DNA of 60,630 nucleotides, the filler included. It is 4 parts of 4 records of this genome, joined end to end, with 100 filler letters (N's around TTAATTAATTAA, not from the genome) between each part and the next. Parts side by side here need not be neighbours in the genome. Positions count along the whole stretch, not along the records: positions 1 to 14,421 come from SRR20825006_1375; 3 more parts are not named here. One strand, written 5' to 3'. Both the position numbers and the translations under genes were made by a program. Positions 1 through 10,472 of this stretch are shown here, one piece after another; position 1 is the stretch's first letter; every line of letters begins with the position of its first letter. A model generated the notes under the pieces. The model was given only the letters and a program-made list of their open reading frames with translations, did no database searches and was not told the origin of the DNA.

Positions 1-1
1 A

Positions 2-3000
2 TTTGGGACAAGTATTTCGAAAGAACTAGAAAGCATTCTTGAAGAGTTTTTAAAAACGTTGGAAGCGGATAAAAAAAGTAGTCAACTCAATGAACAGCAG
101 AAAATAGAATTAAAGTCGGCAAGTATCAAAGAATGGAATGACTACCTGAAGTCCAATCTGGAAGTTTACGGCGTTGATCAGCTCCAACAGCTTCTGTCGA
201 TGAACAATGCTCAGGATCTGTGGAGTATCGAGCAAATGACACAGATCTACGAAGACTCACTTGAACAGCGATTACCGATGGTGTTGAATGCTTTACTGAT
301 GCAGTTTTGGAGAGAAGACAAAGCGATTCCTGAAGATTCTCTAGTTCAGAATAGGGTGCGTTTAACCGAGAGTTTGCGGGCACAAATGAGAGAGGTGGAG
401 TTGGAGGAAAACGAGAAAAAAGAGGTTGTTCAAGAAGAAGAAATTGCCTTTTTTCAGACAATGATCGAAAGGTTTTCAATGGACGCAAGTTGGCTTCCAA
501 GAACACTCAAAGAGTATGAAAACGTATTTAATCGAAAAATCCCTGCTGATGTAAGAGACATTCTTTTTGCATTTACTCAACGCATCAAAAAAACGTTCGA
601 TGAGGCTGTCACAGAGAAAAGCACACAGAGGAATTCAAGAATGAACTTGGAAAGGTTTCTCAAAGAGCATGAAAGTCAAAACGGTGTAAGCCAACTTCTA
701 GAGCTTGTTAGAGCAAGCAAAGGTCTCGATAAAAGTTCTTGGTTTTCTAAGTTACTGCGTGAATACCGGAGTCAATTTCAAAGTGAAATGCCTGTTAATT
801 GTCAGGAATTACTTTTGAGTTACAGTGCAGATTTCGAATGGAACACTTGGAAAATGGTGCCTTCGAAATTGAGAAATGAACTGATTTCTCAAGTAAAGCC
901 GGTGCTGGTTAAATTATCTAAGGAGGAGAAGCATACCGAAGAAAACACAACCAAGGGAATCGAGGAACTGGGATTTCTACTTTCTCTTTTGGAAGTTACT
1001 CCTATAGATGCAGGATGGTTGGCAACAATTTTAAAGCAATTCAAACTAAAGTTTAACACGGAACTCTCTGTATCAGTCAAGCAATTACTCATGGATTTTT
1101 CCATTCAATTGTACGCTGAAAGTTCGAAAGAATTCGTTGCCGACGAAGAATCATCTGATCATTTGTCCTTAGAAATTCTCTCAAACAATCTTTCTGCTGA
1201 TTTGTCTGCGGTTGAATTAAAGTGGGTTCAAACGATATTTCTGAAATCGAGAAAAACGGGAGAATGGAAAAATTGGGTAACCAAATTCTTTGAGATCTGT
1301 TCAAAAAATGGTCATTCTTTATCAGAAAATAAGTGCGAACAACTGATTCAATTTGACGTACATTGGAAAAACGCACTTAAAATTTCTAAAAGTCAACAAT
1401 TGCAGAAAATACTTGGTGTGTTGGTAAGCAATTATTTTGTCAAGATTCGTTCATCCATAGATGATTCTGCATCCCTTGAAGAGATTGAAAAGGAGAACTT
1501 TACCCTCGCGTTTATTCAAAAGACGAATGATCGATTACTTGTTGATTTTATGGCTGAGTGGAAACAACGTTTTCAAGAAGAAATGGATCCTGAACTCAAG
1601 GGCATTTTATGTGAATATGGCATTGCAATTCAACTCGCAAAGGATAATCAGCAATCTGTTAAGAGTCTTTCAAGCGCGGATGAAAAAAGCATTGAAATTA
1701 CTATCAGTGATGATATTGAACAATCAACTAAGGAAAAGGAAACAGAGAAAGAATACTTGGTGGCAATGTCCCAAGAGTTGATAGATGGTTGGATAAATCT
1801 ACACGATTTAGAAATGGGGTATCAGCAAGTATTTGGGAAAGAATTGACGGAACAACTCAATTCCATTTTTAAGAATCTTCCTTTTCCATCCATGGAAACA
1901 CGCAGTTATGATTCAATTTTAAGAGAATTTCGGAAGTTTCTGGAAAACTCGAAGCCAACGAAAAGCGTTCATGAACTGTTCGAACTATTGGACGAAGAGA
2001 TTCATTGCTCGCCCGAAAATTGGTTTGAAGTTGTTATGAATACCTATGCCGATCGATGGAAGACAACGATGCCTTTTCCACATCAACAATTGTTATTGAA
2101 CTTTGCACAAACGAGAAAATCGGAACCTGACAACCATGGAAGTCTAAGTCAACAACAAATGTCACGAAGAACGCTGCTTCTGGAAAAATGGGAAGGTTTC
2201 TTAAAAAGTGAACAGCGCAAATTCGTGAACGGAGGAAAAAGTGATTCTGATCAACAAGCGGATTTTATAACGTCCTTTTTGAAAACACACACGTTGGATG
2301 CAACGGGATTCGAACTACTAAAGAAAATCTTTGAAGCAAAGTTTAGTTGTAAAATCGTCCAAGAATGGTTGGCTTTTTTGACTGAACAAGAACGTTCTAT
2401 CTCATTAAAAAAGAACGAGCAGTTGGCAGTGATTAGTCGACAAAAACGTGGAGATTTTAAACAAACCATAGTTGAACGAATTGAAAAAATATCCAAAAGC
2501 AAAGAAACCGATGAATTGATAAATCTAGTCCAAGAATCGAATGGGCTGACGGTCGAGAATTGGTTTCAGCAACTTCTTCAAGCCTATTCTAAGATATATT
2601 CAAATCAAATGCCGATTGGTCACCAAGCTGTTTTGTTGGAAATTGCGAAAGACGAAAAACTGTTTATAGACGAAAAAGAGGCAGTTCTTAATGAGAAAAA
2701 CGTTTTCGATAGAAAAGCTCAAGTACAGAAAGAAATCGAGAAACACTTTTTTTCATACTCCAATCAGCATGGAAAAAATATAAAAGGAGTACTGAAACAA
2801 ATAATGGCAAACTGTTTTAGTCAACCATTCAACGAAAATTGGATGGCTCATTTTTCGGCGAGTTATGAAGAATTTTTTAAAGCAAAAGTTCCGCGAGAAC
2901 TTCAAGAGAAAATGGAGTCGTTATCGTTAGAGTTTGCACAAAAGATTCGAAGAGATGAACCAACTGAACTTTCGATGGAAGACGAAGTAATCGAAGAAGT

Positions 3001-3910
3001 GAAGAACTTCTTTATGGTGAATTCGGAGGAAATTCCTACGCAGAAAGCCCATGAAATTTTTATTATTGAGCATCTAAAAAACACCTTGCTTAACGAAATA
3101 AATAAAAAAGAATTGGACCTTCAATTTTCAGACAGTTTTGGGATTTCTATTCCTGAAGAGATCAGTCAATTACTCGATCAAACGATTGCTGAGAAGACAA
3201 ACGATCCAACGCAACAGTTCGATTTTTTAAAGGCTCAATTCTCTGCACTTTCGGGTAAAACCAGAATCAAGAGTGTAACGATGCCTTCCGCGATTCGAAA
3301 GGAAAGAAATTACCTACCTTCCAATAAGGTTAGGTTGTTGAAATTGAAGGAAAAACTGAAACAATTGCAGAAGGGAAAAAAAGAAGAACCTGATATCCCT
3401 GTTTCAAACGCTGGAATCATTATAGGATGGGTGCTTTGGAAGAGCATTTTTACTCAGTTTGGTTGGTTGAAAGAAGGCAAATTTATTCATACTGAAGAGA
3501 TCGACACACGACAAATGGCGGCAAGTTGGCTTCATTTATCCGTAGGAGAAGATCCTGAGAATGCTAATCCACTCATATTGTTTATGTGCGGAATCGAGGA
3601 ATACGATATCAATCCCATAAGTAAAGAGCGGTTACAAGAGCAACTTGGGGCAACAGACATCGATGCATCAATCAATGATTATTATGAAATGCTGCTTTCT
3701 ATGTGGCCTATTTTTGAACCAAGTCAGGTAGGAGATTTAATCGAATTGTTTATCCGAAGAGAGGGACTGATGAAATCAACAGGACTGGGAATGAAATTGA
3801 GATTAGTGAAAGAACCGTACGATTTGTTAAGGGATAAAAATCCTATCCCGTGGCCGATCAGTTTAATTAATTTTTCGTGGACAACGAGTATAATTGAGGT
3901 AGAATGGTAG
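2..3910 (+). CDS. Contractile injection system tape measure protein (Afp14/CIS_TMP-like), 5'-truncated
   Basis: Frame is open from position 2. The C-terminus resembles the CIS TMP domain (VSNAGIIIGWVLWKSIF...FMCG...LFIRREG...PYD...PWPISLINFSW...IEVEW). Overlaps the start of the AAA ATPase gene. Confidence 0.75.
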   Translation, partial: FGTSISKELESILEEFLKTLEADKKSSQLNEQQKIELKSASIKEWNDYLKSNLEVYGVDQLQQLLSMNNAQDLWSIEQMTQIYEDSLEQRLPMVLNALLMQFWREDKAIPEDSLVQNRVRLTESLRAQMREVELEENEKKEVVQEEEIAFFQTMIERFSMDASWLPRTLKEYENVFNRKIPADVRDILFAFTQRIKKTFDEAVTEKSTQRNSRMNLERFLKEHESQNGVSQLLELVRASKGLDKSSWFSKLLREYRSQFQSEMPVNCQELLLSYSADFEWNTWKMVPSKLRNELISQVKPVLVKLSKEEKHTEENTTKGIEELGFLLSLLEVTPIDAGWLATILKQFKLKFNTELSVSVKQLLMDFSIQLYAESSKEFVADEESSDHLSLEILSNNLSADLSAVELKWVQTIFLKSRKTGEWKNWVTKFFEICSKNGHSLSENKCEQLIQFDVHWKNALKISKSQQLQKILGVLVSNYFVKIRSSIDDSASLEEIEKENFTLAFIQKTNDRLLVDFMAEWKQRFQEEMDPELKGILCEYGIAIQLAKDNQQSVKSLSSADEKSIEITISDDIEQSTKEKETEKEYLVAMSQELIDGWINLHDLEMGYQQVFGKELTEQLNSIFKNLPFPSMETRSYDSILREFRKFLENSKPTKSVHELFELLDEEIHCSPENWFEVVMNTYADRWKTTMPFPHQQLLLNFAQTRKSEPDNHGSLSQQQMSRRTLLLEKWEGFLKSEQRKFVNGGKSDSDQQADFITSFLKTHTLDATGFELLKKIFEAKFSCKIVQEWLAFLTEQERSISLKKNEQLAVISRQKRGDFKQTIVERIEKISKSKETDELINLVQESNGLTVENWFQQLLQAYSKIYSNQMPIGHQAVLLEIAKDEKLFIDEKEAVLNEKNVFDRKAQVQKEIEKHFFSYSNQHGKNIKGVLKQIMANCFSQPFNENWMAHFSASYEEFFKAKVPRELQEKMESLSLEFAQKIRRDEPTELSMEDEVIEEVKNFFMVNSEEIPTQKAHEIFIIEHLKNTLLNEINKKELDLQFSDSFGISIPEEISQLLDQTIAEKTNDPTQQFDFLKAQFSALSGKTRIKSVTMPSAIRKERNYLPSNKVRLLKLKEKLKQLQKGKKEEPDIPVSNAGIIIGWVLWKSIFTQFGWLKEGKFIHTEEIDTRQMAASWLHLSVGEDPENANPLILFMCGIEEYDINPISKERLQEQLGATDIDASINDYYEMLLSMWPIFEPSQVGDLIELFIRREGLMKSTGLGMKLRLVKEPYDLLRDKNPIPWPISLINFSWTTSIIEVEW

Positions 3911-5289
3911 AAAAAACAATAGATCCTGAGACGGCTACAAGAATCCAGACAGGAATAAATTCTTTCGATAGTGAGTTTTCATGGATCGAATCCCTGATTC
4001 AATATCGAATTAAAGAATTATGTGAAGAAGAGAGCACCAGTAAAATGCCAATAATTCCTGACCTTGAAGCTGGAGTTAATGCGTATTTTGATGAATTGAT
4101 TCGCTTGCAAGCGACTATTTTGGAAAGAATAGCACTTTCATTGGCGCTCGTAAGTAGAACGATGCCGCAGTATTTGGATTTTTTACACACCAAGAACAAG
4201 TTTACCGATCAGATTTTTACAGAATTCGGAATGCGAATAGATGCCGATACAACTCGGATTATTCCCACTTGGAGAACGGCATTTTTTCTGTTCTGCGGGA
4301 ACAATACCAGTACTCAATTCGAACTGCTCTTTCATGTACACAAGGATCATCGCATTTATTCAGATAAGTTTCTTGAATTCCCAGAAAGAAGACCGAACAA
4401 CCCATTCGATACTCAATTGTTGATTGCCAACGACCGATTTCATCAATGGGTTTATCCAACAAATTCTCGATTTTTAGCAAATGAAGAATTTCCTGCTCAT
4501 GAAATCTCTTCGCCACTAGAATGGGATGATTTATTCATTCACGAATCCACTCGAAAGGGACTTGAAGAAGTGCGCTTATGGCTAAAGTATGAAGGAAGGA
4601 TGAGGGAGATTCCTAAACTGAATCGTCACTTAAACCTTGGAATGCGTGTGCTGTTTTACGGACCTTCTGGAACCGGAAAAACGTTGACAGCGTCTTTATT
4701 GGGAAAACAATTTAACATGCCCGTTTACAGAGTTGATCTCTCGCAGATGATCTCAAAATGGGTGGGGGAAACTGAAAAAAACTTAGCGCGTGTCTTCGAT
4801 ATTGCAGAAAATAACCAGTGGATTCTATTTTTCGATGAAGCGGATGCTCTTTTTTCTAAACGTGGATCAGTGAGCGATTCGAATGATCGAAGATCAAATC
4901 AAGAAATCTCCTATTTACTACAAAGAGTGGAAGATTACAATGGAACCATCATTATGGCGACCAATTTGAAAGATAATATTGATGAAGCGTTTGCAAGAAG
5001 ATTTCAGCAAGTGATAGAGTTTCCGATGCCAGATAAATTCATTCGTGCAGAAATGTGGAAGCAATTGCTAGAAGGAACTTTTCCTCTTGAGAGAGACGTC
5101 AACTTAGATCAAATTGGAAAAGAATTTGAGCTGACAGGAGGAAGCATGAAAAATATTTTTCGCTCCATCATGCTCAGTGTATTTGATAAAAAAATTGATG
5201 AACAGAAAATTGGGATGCGCGATATTCGCTCGGCAATCGAACAGGAATTGATCAAAACCGGAGTGTATATTATTCAGAAAAAATATTAG
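3904..5289 (+). CDS. AAA+ ATPase, eCIS Afp15-like
   Basis: Walker A GPSGTGKT, Walker B LFFDEAD, SKWVGETEKNL, ATN...DEAFARRF; lies between TMP and DUF4157 genes. Confidence 0.85.
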   Translation: MVEKTIDPETATRIQTGINSFDSEFSWIESLIQYRIKELCEEESTSKMPIIPDLEAGVNAYFDELIRLQATILERIALSLALVSRTMPQYLDFLHTKNKFTDQIFTEFGMRIDADTTRIIPTWRTAFFLFCGNNTSTQFELLFHVHKDHRIYSDKFLEFPERRPNNPFDTQLLIANDRFHQWVYPTNSRFLANEEFPAHEISSPLEWDDLFIHESTRKGLEEVRLWLKYEGRMREIPKLNRHLNLGMRVLFYGPSGTGKTLTASLLGKQFNMPVYRVDLSQMISKWVGETEKNLARVFDIAENNQWILFFDEADALFSKRGSVSDSNDRRSNQEISYLLQRVEDYNGTIIMATNLKDNIDEAFARRFQQVIEFPMPDKFIRAEMWKQLLEGTFPLERDVNLDQIGKEFELTGGSMKNIFRSIMLSVFDKKIDEQKIGMRDIRSAIEQELIKTGVYIIQKKY

Positions 5290-5394
5290 AACATAGGTTT
5301 TAGTGTTCGAACATATATGCAAGGGAATGTTCCGTGAAAATTTTACTTTGTTCGAGTTGAATAATGGCTTAACCACACCCGAAAAACAAAGAAT

Positions 5395-5970
5395 ATGCAT
5401 ACGTACGACAATCGTTCAAAAGAACAATCAAAAATGGATAGCCGAAAAGTGGGTGTTCAATTAAAAAAGAGCACGTCGAAAAAGAAATCAAGAATTGTAT
5501 CAGTTCAGGACATAGGAGGCGTTGGAGAATCACATGAAATCGTTCAGCGACAAGTATTCACTCGAATGGCTCCTGGCAACATGTATTTTGATGCAATTAA
5601 TGACGCGATTCGAAGATATGTGCCACGCGGGGTACAAATAAACATCACTGCGACAGATTTTGCAGGGAGTTACCAGATTACATTCGATACGGATACTTAC
5701 AATGATTCGGATGTAAATGGATGGATGGCACGGGCGTTTCCAGAATCGAGCTCTGAAGATGAGGAGGAGGAAGAGGAAGAAGAGTCCAGTTCTAGTTCTG
5801 ATGACGATCAGTTTGAAGCCTTCGATACAGCTATATCCTTATCTGACGGTACAATGGTAGGAGCAAGAATAACAGAAGATCTAGGAGGCGGTTATTTTCT
5901 AGCTCAAATTGAGGAGAACCAATATACCCGAGTTCAGAGAGACGAAGAAGGCGGATACGAACAAGCGTAA
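5395..5970 (+). CDS. Hypothetical acidic protein, candidate eCIS cargo
   Basis: 191-aa ORF with Lys-rich N-terminus, IVQR motif and a poly-E/S/D tract; eCIS context. Confidence 0.55.
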   Translation: MHTYDNRSKEQSKMDSRKVGVQLKKSTSKKKSRIVSVQDIGGVGESHEIVQRQVFTRMAPGNMYFDAINDAIRRYVPRGVQINITATDFAGSYQITFDTDTYNDSDVNGWMARAFPESSSEDEEEEEEEESSSSSDDDQFEAFDTAISLSDGTMVGARITEDLGGGYFLAQIEENQYTRVQRDEEGGYEQA

Positions 5971-6006
5971 GTAGTTTAGAATCAAGTCACTTAAATTGTA
6001 AATGAA

Positions 6007-7149
6007 ATGAATTCAGCATTCGAACGATCAAAAGAAGATAATCTCAAGACAGATAAAAAAACAAGGAAGGGAGAGACGCTTCAAAAAAAGGGAAAAGACG
6101 GTAAGGACAATTCTTTCCAACCAATCCAGAAAAAAGCGAATAGAAATGGGCTTCCTGAGCAGTTGAAATCAGGAATAGAGCAGCTATCGGGATATTCAAT
6201 GGACGATGTGAAAGTTCATTACAATTCTCCAAAACCCGCTCAACTTCAGGCACATGCTTATGCGCAGGGAACAGATATTCACCTCGCGTCGGGACAAGAA
6301 AAACACCTTCCTCATGAGGCATGGCACGTCGTTCAGCAAAAACAAGGTCGAGTTAAACCTACAATGCAATTAAAAGAAAAGGTGAACATCAACGATGATG
6401 AACGATTAGAAAATGAAGCGGATGTGATGGGAGCCGTAGCCATGTCTAAAGGACGTAATTCTTCTCAGGCGTCTCTGCTAAACAATGGTTCAGTTCAACG
6501 TAAAGTCGTTCAAAGAAATGTAGTTGTGGAGGCATCTCTGGATCCATTACAAGACAATTTATTTAGTAATCTTTCTGTAGCTGGACGCCCACCAACATTG
6601 TTAGGAGGATCAACCCAAGGAAATCACACAACCCCGTTTGCAGTATTCGTTTCTGGAATCCGGAATCACATCGTTGGACGTACATATCAGCAAGCATTTG
6701 GAAACATTCTGTCGATTGCGAAAACAGATAAGGATGAACTTCCAGGCATGGCAATTCAACCAGGTAATCAACGTGCATTGGCGGCCTATCAAAATTTTCT
6801 TGATTATGCAGGCAAAATCAATCCCAGTACTAGAGGGGAAAGACATTGGGTGGAGGACATTCAACAGTTGACTGCGAGGTATCTTACATTCAGAAATTTG
6901 GTACCATTAACAACGGAAGCGGGAGATCCTCACGGTGGTGATAGTGAGGGAGACATCACAAGAGAATTGGAGTTGATTGATATCAAGTTGAAGAACGATA
7001 AGGATTTTAAACCTCCCAAAGATCAAATTAAGATCATATTTGACAGTCTTTTTGATAGTCAGACTAACTTGGGTCCAGGGTCAAAGGAGCAACATAAAAT
7101 TTCGATCATAAATGCTTATCCGACAACCTATGATTATACATACAGCTAG
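6007..7149 (+). CDS. DUF4157 (eCIS core) domain protein with unassigned C-terminal domain
   Basis: GLPEQLKSGIEQLSGYSMDDVKVHYNS...AHAYAQGTDIH...LPHEAWHVVQQKQGRV (HExxH), followed by VQRKVVQR and a variable C-terminus. Confidence 0.9.
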   Translation: MNSAFERSKEDNLKTDKKTRKGETLQKKGKDGKDNSFQPIQKKANRNGLPEQLKSGIEQLSGYSMDDVKVHYNSPKPAQLQAHAYAQGTDIHLASGQEKHLPHEAWHVVQQKQGRVKPTMQLKEKVNINDDERLENEADVMGAVAMSKGRNSSQASLLNNGSVQRKVVQRNVVVEASLDPLQDNLFSNLSVAGRPPTLLGGSTQGNHTTPFAVFVSGIRNHIVGRTYQQAFGNILSIAKTDKDELPGMAIQPGNQRALAAYQNFLDYAGKINPSTRGERHWVEDIQQLTARYLTFRNLVPLTTEAGDPHGGDSEGDITRELELIDIKLKNDKDFKPPKDQIKIIFDSLFDSQTNLGPGSKEQHKISIINAYPTTYDYTYS

Positions 7150-7169
7150 GATTTTTTAGCCAGAGGGAA

Positions 7170-9359
7170 CTAACCGATCAAAACGCCTATTTCTCTGAGA
7201 GAATTCATGGGTTTCGAATACCAGAACAATTCGAAGTCGTCTAGTTCTTCCTCAAAGCTGGTTTTTAGAACTGAAATGGTAAGTGCATCATTCGAATGGA
7301 TTGAGAGAAATGGAAGTTGATCCATAAACCATTTTCCTTCTTCGGCATTTAAGTGAATTTCGCTTGCGTTCTTTTTCGAGTGAACGTGCATTTCCATCAT
7401 TTCCCAAGAATTTCCGCGCTTTGATTTTGTGTAAGTAGAGAACGAAGGCGTTCCTGCCAACCAAATGGGTTTTGTAGTAGGTTTTGAAAAAGACAACGGT
7501 TCTGAATTAACACATTCTTCAATGAACGTAGGAGAAATTTTCGTTCGCGGAATTTTCATTTCAAACCATTCTTGCAAAGGAAGCTCAAACCCAATTCCAT
7601 GCATGTAATTGAAAAGAGACTTCTTTAAACCAAAGCTGAATTGTTCATGATCGATTCCTGTTGAATCTTGAAACTGGATGTCGTTGTCTGCAAAGGAAAT
7701 GGATTGATACACGGGTATAATTCCATAAGCTTCTGGGTTTTTTCCAATCGGACTATGCGTCGTTAACGCGAATTGATGCCAAAACCCAGATTGAATAATT
7801 CCAAGTTCAAAAAGTTGACGGACCATTTCTAAACTATCCACAGTTTCTTGAACGGTTTGTGTTGGATAACCATACATCAAATAGGAATGCACCATGATTC
7901 CAGATTCCGTAAGGTTTCTGGTAACGCGAGCAACTTGTTCAACAGTCACACCTTTTTGGATGAGCTCCAATAAACGATCAGATGCCACTTCTAAGCCTCC
8001 TGAAACGGCAATGCATCCGGATGCACTCAAAAGTTGACATAATTCTAGCGAAAAACTCTTCTCAAAGCGAATATTTGTCCACCAAGTAACAGTTATTTTT
8101 CTTCGAATGATTTCTATGGCCAATGATCGCATTAATGCTGGTGGAGCGGCTTCGTCTACAAAGTGGAATCCATTTTCTCCCGTTTGAGCAATCAATTCTT
8201 CCATTCGGTCGACCAACAATTTCGCTGCGACGGGTTCATACAACTTAATATAGTCAAGTGAAATATCGCAGAACGTGCATTTACCCCAATAACATCCATG
8301 CGCCATCGTCAGTTTGTTCCATCGCCCATCGCTCCACAAACTATGCATGGGGTTAGCAATTTCAATCACAGAAATGTAATCTTCAAGCGGTAAATCAGTG
8401 TAATCGGGCGTTCCAACTTGCGATTGCTTATAATCAGCTTGAAGGCTGGTGTTATGGTAAACGACATTTCCGTTTTCACAGGAGAATGTGCGTTTTAATT
8501 CAGTATAATTGTTCGGATCAAGGATGTGTTTGAATAACAACTCCAAGGGCAATTCACCGTCATCAAGAGTAATGTAATCGAAGAATTCAAAAACTCTTGG
8601 ATCTTTCAAAGAGCGCAATTCGGTATTTGGAAAACCTCCACCCATGGCAATTTTAATCGATGGATGATGTTTTTTAATGTGTTGTGCACAACGAAAAGCG
8701 CTGTATAAATTCCCAGGGAAAGGAACCGAAAAACAAACGATTTTTGGCGAGTATTCTTCTAGTTTCTTCGCGAGAAGTTCCAGTGTAATTCCATCAATAA
8801 ACGTAAGTGGCTCATTCAGTTTTTGATAGAGTTCATCGAAGCTATTTGCACTCCGCCCCAAACGTTCAGCATAGCGACTAAATCCAAAATCACTATCAAC
8901 GCGTTCGACAATAAAATCGGAGAGATCTTCTAAATACAAAGTGGCCAAATGCTTCGCCTTGTCTTGCATTCCCATAGTCCCAAACGCCCATTCCATGTCG
9001 TCTAGTTGCTCAAAGCGACTCGCTTCCGGAAGATAATTTCCAGAACAAATCGTACGCGCAAGTGTCGGCTGCTTTCCTTGCAAAAAGCGAATAACGCTCT
9101 CAATAGTGGATAAATAATCGTGCTTGAGTGCTCGAATCCGTTCAGCGTTTTCAGTGAGTATTTCTTCGTTTTCATCCGAAAACTCAAAGATCCGTTCCAA
9201 ATAGTCTTTCGAGAAAAGCACCAAAATGACTTCAATTCCTAAATCTGCTTGTCCCGCAGAAATGTCTTTTGTATTCAAAAAACCTTTGAGATACGCAGTT
9301 GCCGGATAGGGCGTATTGAGCTGAGTAAATGGAGGTGTAATGAGAAAGAAATCGGTCAC
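7170..9359 (-). CDS. B12-binding domain radical SAM protein
   Basis: CYWGKCTFC (CxxxCxxC), N-terminal TPPFTQLNTPYPATAYL, MGGGF, FVDEAAPP; GTG start. Confidence 0.85.
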   Translation of the reverse strand: MTDFFLITPPFTQLNTPYPATAYLKGFLNTKDISAGQADLGIEVILVLFSKDYLERIFEFSDENEEILTENAERIRALKHDYLSTIESVIRFLQGKQPTLARTICSGNYLPEASRFEQLDDMEWAFGTMGMQDKAKHLATLYLEDLSDFIVERVDSDFGFSRYAERLGRSANSFDELYQKLNEPLTFIDGITLELLAKKLEEYSPKIVCFSVPFPGNLYSAFRCAQHIKKHHPSIKIAMGGGFPNTELRSLKDPRVFEFFDYITLDDGELPLELLFKHILDPNNYTELKRTFSCENGNVVYHNTSLQADYKQSQVGTPDYTDLPLEDYISVIEIANPMHSLWSDGRWNKLTMAHGCYWGKCTFCDISLDYIKLYEPVAAKLLVDRMEELIAQTGENGFHFVDEAAPPALMRSLAIEIIRRKITVTWWTNIRFEKSFSLELCQLLSASGCIAVSGGLEVASDRLLELIQKGVTVEQVARVTRNLTESGIMVHSYLMYGYPTQTVQETVDSLEMVRQLFELGIIQSGFWHQFALTTHSPIGKNPEAYGIIPVYQSISFADNDIQFQDSTGIDHEQFSFGLKKSLFNYMHGIGFELPLQEWFEMKIPRTKISPTFIEECVNSEPLSFSKPTTKPIWLAGTPSFSTYTKSKRGNSWEMMEMHVHSKKNASEIHLNAEEGKWFMDQLPFLSIHSNDALTISVLKTSFEEELDDFELFWYSKPMNSLREIGVLIG

Positions 9360-9413
9360 AATGTGTTCATTAAATTTGGCTGAAAGATACGGTGAAATTT
9401 TCGTCGGTGTATT

Positions 9414-10436
9414 CTATTCCTCCTTCGGTTGATACAATTCCAAAGCACGTTTCATTTTTCGTTTAATAATTCTGCGAATTTTTGGTGGCTCCAACACCTC
9501 CATAGAGTCACCAAAACCTAGGATCAGACGTTCCATCTCATAATTGTGGTGAACGTAAATTTCGACGAGAATCGATCCATCTTCGTATTTTTCGATTAAT
9601 TTTTGCGATTTATGGAGAGGTTTAGTGATTACATACGGAGCATTTTTACGATCAATTTTTAATACAAGGCGTTCAATGTGTTCATCTCTCAACACCGTAA
9701 CTCCAATCGTGTTTTTATAGTATTCGTCACCGTCAAAATCCTCTTCAAGGAAGTCTTTTTTTGTGTCGAAATCGATGGAAATGATTCTGTCCAAGGCAAG
9801 TGTCATAATGGGCTGCGCCTGTGTTTTTTTACCAACGATAAACCAGCGATTATTGAATTCTTTCAAAATATACGGATGAAAGGTGATCTCCGAAGCCTCG
9901 TATGCATTAAAGGATTGATACGTCAATTTCAACACCATTTTCTTAATGATCGCTTGGTAAAGAGTGTCGAGGTGTTCAAGTCCACGCAAGTCCTCGTTTT
10001 TATCTAAGTGAATCACCGACGGACGATGTGTTTTCTCCGTGTAGATTTTATCTTCGAGTCGTTGAATAATTCCTCCGAGTTCAGAAAAAAGTGAAAAATC
10101 TTTGAATTGCTTCAACATTTCTACTGTCTCCGAAAGTACGTTCATGTCGTTTTCTGTCAACGGAATATTGGTGATCGAATAGTTCTCGTCTTCGTAGATG
10201 TAGTATTTTTTCTCTTCAACAATAATAGGGGCGTTGTAACCAAGTTTATCGCTTCGCATCAGTTGAATATCCAGCTGAATGGTGCGCTTGCTTACATTTA
10301 CATCACGACCTTCGTATTCATAAAGTGCATCAGAACAGGCATCGATCAAATCTTCCAGTGTCCACCGACGATAGTTGTTTTGGAGACATTTATCGATTGT
10401 TTTGTAGCGAATTAATGCATTTTTGTTCTGTGCCAT
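9414..10436 (-). CDS. HTH-WYL domain transcriptional regulator
   Basis: N-terminal wHTH (VSKRTIQLDI), WYL-like HPYILKEFNNRWFIVG...LALDRI, WCX-like ILGFGDSMEVLEP. Confidence 0.9.
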   Translation of the reverse strand: MAQNKNALIRYKTIDKCLQNNYRRWTLEDLIDACSDALYEYEGRDVNVSKRTIQLDIQLMRSDKLGYNAPIIVEEKKYYIYEDENYSITNIPLTENDMNVLSETVEMLKQFKDFSLFSELGGIIQRLEDKIYTEKTHRPSVIHLDKNEDLRGLEHLDTLYQAIIKKMVLKLTYQSFNAYEASEITFHPYILKEFNNRWFIVGKKTQAQPIMTLALDRIISIDFDTKKDFLEEDFDGDEYYKNTIGVTVLRDEHIERLVLKIDRKNAPYVITKPLHKSQKLIEKYEDGSILVEIYVHHNYEMERLILGFGDSMEVLEPPKIRRIIKRKMKRALELYQPKEE

Positions 10437-10472
10437 GCAGTTTTTTTTGAAGAAAAATACGGAAGAAATTTA

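Noticed and set aside
7170-9359. Radical SAM gene as part of the eCIS or RNA repair system
   Set aside because: It is on the opposite strand to eCIS and looks like a widespread Bacteroidetes gene; only adjacency supports a link.
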